From assembly GCA_951406725.2 (NCBI GenBank), contig OX597827.1, positions 68,758,001 to 68,822,000 on the forward strand: 64,000 bases of DNA, read 5' to 3'. This stretch comes from Octopus vulgaris (Eukaryota). The stretch's first letter is position 1. Each line of letters opens with the position of its first letter. Of the stretch, positions 58,386 to 64,000 are shown piece by piece. The translations under genes were made by a program, and so were the position numbers. The notes below the pieces were generated by a model. The model did no database searches. It saw only the letters and a program-made list of their open reading frames with translations, and was not told the DNA's origin.

Positions 58386-58609
58386 GTGTGGTCGCCCGTG
58401 TGTGCGGGCAAAATATTATCTTTACAGATGTAAAAATATTCTTGTTTACATCCTCAACGCAATCTTGTTCCAAACCGGCCTTGTGTGTATACACGTGTGT
58501 GTGAATGTTTGCACGCGTGTATATAAGCGTGTGAGCGTCTGTGTGTTTGCCTTTGTGTGCGCCCAAGCGGACGTATATACGTATAAATACATACATATAT
58601 ATATATATG

Positions 58610-58684
<75 letters not shown>

Positions 58685-58838
58685 GTATATATATATATAT
58701 ATATATATATGCTAGTAATTGATATAAATGTTTATGTTATGTGTATATTCGTGCACACGCATACACAAATAAACAGATATGCATAATACAAGTATGTGTT
58801 TGTGTTCTCACCTTTTGACTGTATATATATATATATAT

Positions 58839-58883
<45 letters not shown>

Positions 58884-58983
58884 CATATATATGCGTATAT
58901 ATATATATATATACACATATATATGCATATATATATATGAGCCATCATACACATACACACACACATATATATAGATATATATA

Positions 58984-59082
<99 letters not shown>

Positions 59083-59539
59083 GTATGTGTGTGTATGTAT
59101 GTATCTATGTATGAGTATAGATAACATTGATACGTGCATATATATATATATATACAGACACTTAAAATCATACGCGTACTTAATATACAGATTAACATAT
59201 ACGTGTATATCTGTGTGTATGTGCGTGAACGTGTGTGCGTGTGTGTGCATGTGTGTGTATGTGTGCGTATGCACATACATATGTGCATAAGTGTTGTGTA
59301 GGTATGTGAGTGTGTGTTTACATATATATAAATATATATATATATATATATTTGTTTATATACGTTTGTCCTTGTGTGTGTTCGGGATTCTTTCACACTG
59401 TAAATATTATTATTATTTACCTTGGACCACTGGAATATCATAAATATAAGAAAATATGGCATTTACTGGTGTCTGTTTATATTCTGCGATCAATTCCCGC
59501 TTAGGTCACATTTCTGGCGTTGCGCCAAAATCACAAATT

Positions 59540-60027
<488 letters not shown>

Positions 60028-60548
60028 TGTGCGCGCACTGAATAATAACTCGCTCCAAAGAAAAAGGATAGCTTTCTACTGTTCAAATTCGTGGATTGAC
60101 AACAAAAAATGTCTTGTATTTTTCTCCTTTTTTTTTTCCTTTTCTTTTTTCACTTCGCTGATAAAATTTAATGGCTACGGATATTTAACGCCATACCAAC
60201 AAAATGAAAAATGTAAAAAATAATAATACAGAAAATAAACAAAAAAAAAATGGAATAGTATATTAATTTCAAAGCAAAATATTAATAGTCGACATAAGCT
60301 AAAAGAAAATCCAGATATTTAACTGCGCCATGTAGGATTTTTGTCAAAAACAACAACACTTATATGCATACATGTTAGACTTTAGACGTAAACACAAACA
60401 GCGATAGAATGTCATTTACAAGCGTTTTATCAATCTACTCTCTATGTAGAACATTTTGCTGAAAGATTGAAAGCGTGCAGGATTTTGTTCATTAGAATGA
60501 CGCAATAATTCACAGAACCCCCAAAAGAGGGGGAAAACAATAGCCTAC

Positions 60549-60760
60549 AGCACGCCGGACGAAATGCTTAGCGGTATTTCGTCTGCCGCTATGTTCTGAG
60601 TTCGAATTCCGCCGAGGTTGACTTTGCCTTTCATCCTTTCGGGGTCGATAAATAAGTACCAGTTACGCACTGGGGTCGATATAATCGACTTAATCCCTTG
60701 TCTGTCCTTATTTGTCCCCTCTATGTTTAGCCCCTTATGGGCAATAAAGAAATAAGAAAC
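60549..60760 (+). mobile_element. SINE B (B1 tail)
   Basis: Consensus match ending in aataaagaaataagaaac. Confidence 0.85.
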
Positions 60761-61255
60761 AATTAGTGACATTATTATTAAACGCTTCACATGTAATATT
60801 CAAGTGTTCTTTATTACATATGTTTATATTTTTTCAGGACCTGTTGGAGATATAAACGATATTGGTCTAAAGAGTATAACTCCGACTCGCATAAGACTTC
60901 ACCAGTAGAGGTTTGTTCTGGTAACGTTTTCCTCCCTTCGGCTGTAGAGAGGTTATGTGTCTCCGGCCATTTCAGTCTCACGAGTCACCAATACAGCTAA
61001 TTCCCTTATAGGTGTGAAACCAATGGTCACTCTCGGACCGGCCATAACGAACAACCTTCTAAATATCACTACTGTAGTGTTTTAGTGTATGCTTCTTTTT
61101 CAGATGTATGAACTACTCATGTGTGTGTGTGTACATTTATATACATCTGCATATACATTTGCATGTACACATATATATACGTATGTAAATATGCATACGT
61201 TTATATATTCTTGTATGTACATATATGTATATATGCATATATACACACACAGCGA

Positions 61256-61350
<95 letters not shown>

Positions 61351-61634
61351 GAACCTCTTATCAGGAATAGCTTTGAATTTCGCGTGTAATTTTGGAACAG
61401 ATCTCGAAGCGCACATAGTGCTATAAATAATTGCAAGTAAAACAAAAAGAATAAGCATGCCGAATCTTCGAAGTCACTGTCGACACTGTTCTTATTAAAG
61501 AATAATAAAAATGTACTCTCCATAAAGTAGATTAGTCCTTCAGCTTAATGTAAAATTGTTTTTTATCAAAGCTCCATATAAAAACAAGCATTGATATACA
61601 TAATCATATACGTACTTATATACATATACATATA

Positions 61635-61957
61635 GAAGCACTCCGTCGGTTGCGACGAGGGTCCCAGCTGATACGATCAACAGAACAGCTAGCTCGTGAA
61701 ATTAACGTGCAAGTGGCTGAGCACTCCACAGACACGTGTACCCTTAACGTAGTTCTCAGGGAGATTCAGCGTGACACAGATTGTGACAAGGCTGGCCCCT
61801 TTGAAATACAGGTACTACTCATTTTTGCCAGCTGAGTGGACTGGAGCAAACGTGAAATAAAGTGCCTTGCTCAAGGACACAACGCGCCGCCGGGAATTGA
61901 ACTCACGACCTTACGATCATCAGCCGAATGCCCCTAACCACTAAGCCACGCGCCTTC
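61635..61957 (-). mobile_element. Hybrid SINE: different tRNA head, CORE-like body and C1 3' end
   Basis: Head GGCGCGTGGCTTAGTGGTTAGG...GAGTTCAATTCCC, body TTGTGTCCTTGAGCAAGGCAC, then TACCTGTATTTCAAAGGG...CCGACGGAGTGCTTC as in C1. Confidence 0.8.
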
Positions 61958-62055
61958 ACATATACATATACATATACATACAAGCATACACACACACTCA
62001 AATACACACACACACACACACATAGACACTTACATACATACAGGCAGACAAACAG

Positions 62056-62097
<42 letters not shown>

Positions 62098-62148
62098 GGA
62101 CGGACGGACGGACGGACGGATGGATGGATGGATAGGTAGGGAGGTAGG

Positions 62149-62269
<121 letters not shown>

Positions 62270-62308
62270 GAATGGATAGATAGATAGATAAATACATACA
62301 TACATACA

Positions 62309-62341
<33 letters not shown>

Positions 62342-62872
62342 CATTGCATACATACGTACGTACAATCGTACATACATGCATTCATACGCTCATACATATG
62401 CCACAGTAAATACGTACATATATAAATACGTACACATATACATACATACATAAATACCTACATACATACATACATACATACATACATACATACATACATA
62501 CATACATACATACACACACATACATACATACATACAAGCATACATACATACATAAATACCTACCTACATACATACATACATACATACATACATACATACA
62601 TACATACATACATACATACATACATACATGCATATGCCACAGTAAGCACATTACAAGATAAATAGATTGTATACATATGTTGTCTGTGTTCCAAACACGC
62701 GTATGTTTAATGGACGTTGTTCGTGTTTGTCTTTTAATGTGTGAGTGTGTGTATATGTTTGTGTATGCTTGTTTTGTTTTATATTTTGCTCGTTTTGTTT
62801 TTTTGTCTATATGTGTGTAATGTTATATAGGCACATGTGAAAATGTATAAAAAAATATATATATACACATTA

Positions 62873-62972
<100 letters not shown>

Positions 62973-63111
62973 TGTTTATATGTCCAACTGAATGAATATA
63001 TAACCTTCACTCACACACTTTCTGTCTCCTGTACATATGTATATATGTGTGTGTGTGTGTATGCGTGTGCTTAGCATGCACCGATATACGTACGATTGTG
63101 TCTATGTGTTC

Positions 63112-63196
<85 letters not shown>

Positions 63197-63216
63197 AATA
63201 TACTAATGTAACTGTG

Positions 63217-63297
<81 letters not shown>

Positions 63298-63491
63298 GCA
63301 TATATATATATATACATGCATATATATACATACATATATATACGCACACAAGGTTATGTTGGTAAGTATATATATATATGTTATAGATATATACGTGTAT
63401 GTAGGTGTGTGTATGAACATGTATATGTATATAAACATAGTGAAGTTATTGCTTGTATATATACTTACCAACACAACCTTGTGTGCGTATA

Positions 63492-63528
<37 letters not shown>

Positions 63529-63576
63529 CATGTGTATGTATGTCTGTGCGTGTGTCGTTCGTATCTGTATGTGTAC

Positions 63577-63621
<45 letters not shown>

Positions 63622-64000
63622 TGTGATGGAATTACATTGTTGTGGAAATATTTACACAAACGTTACAAATGTTCTTCACCCAACGTGGATTTCCTGTCGT
63701 ATGTTCAGAGGCAGGAACAATATGGCCACGAAATGGGTTACTGAATCTCTATCTAAGCAAACATCTTTCTCTCCTCCTCCTTCAATAACCGACCGACCGA
63801 CCGACCAAACGATCAGCCAGCAGACGACCGAGTAACCAAACACAATAACGAAAGCCGGGATGGGAGCCATATTCATGAAGGCTCAACATATTGATTTCAA
63901 ATTTCAAATTTTGGCAGAAGGCCAGTAATTTCAGGGAAGGACGCAAGTCGATTACATCGACCTCAGTGCATAACTGGTACTTAATTTATCGACACCGAAA

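Noticed and set aside
60930-61040. GAAACCAATGGTC and other partial hammerhead motifs
   Set aside because: No properly placed CTGANGA or stem II.

Overview
A 64-kb animal genomic window with no intact protein-coding gene and very high repeat density. The SINE repertoire and 5S sequence suggest an octopus (inference from recall, not a database match). Most long ORFs in the track are microsatellite artefacts of (TA)n, (CA)n, (TATG)n, (GATA)n, (AAT)n and (GGT)n. Supportable content: (1) dozens of tRNA-derived SINE copies in at least three families (labelled A, B, C here), including module-swapped variants and a 184-bp head-to-tail SINE array; (2) 3' remnants of non-LTR retrotransposons of the RLE, L1/Tx1 and RTE types, several embedded in one specific microsatellite; (3) decayed Tc1/mariner transposases, one nested in another, plus small MITEs; (4) two 5S rRNA-derived copies; (5) up to eight minimal type I hammerhead-ribozyme-like motifs, most degenerate, in short Penelope/retrozyme-like elements, some with fold-back ends; (6) a SINE-free island at about 30-32.5 kb with several minus-strand ATG/splice-donor signals, including a candidate 3-nt ATG microexon, which may mark the 5' end of a large gene. 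All calls were made by eye and boundaries of degenerate elements are approximate.
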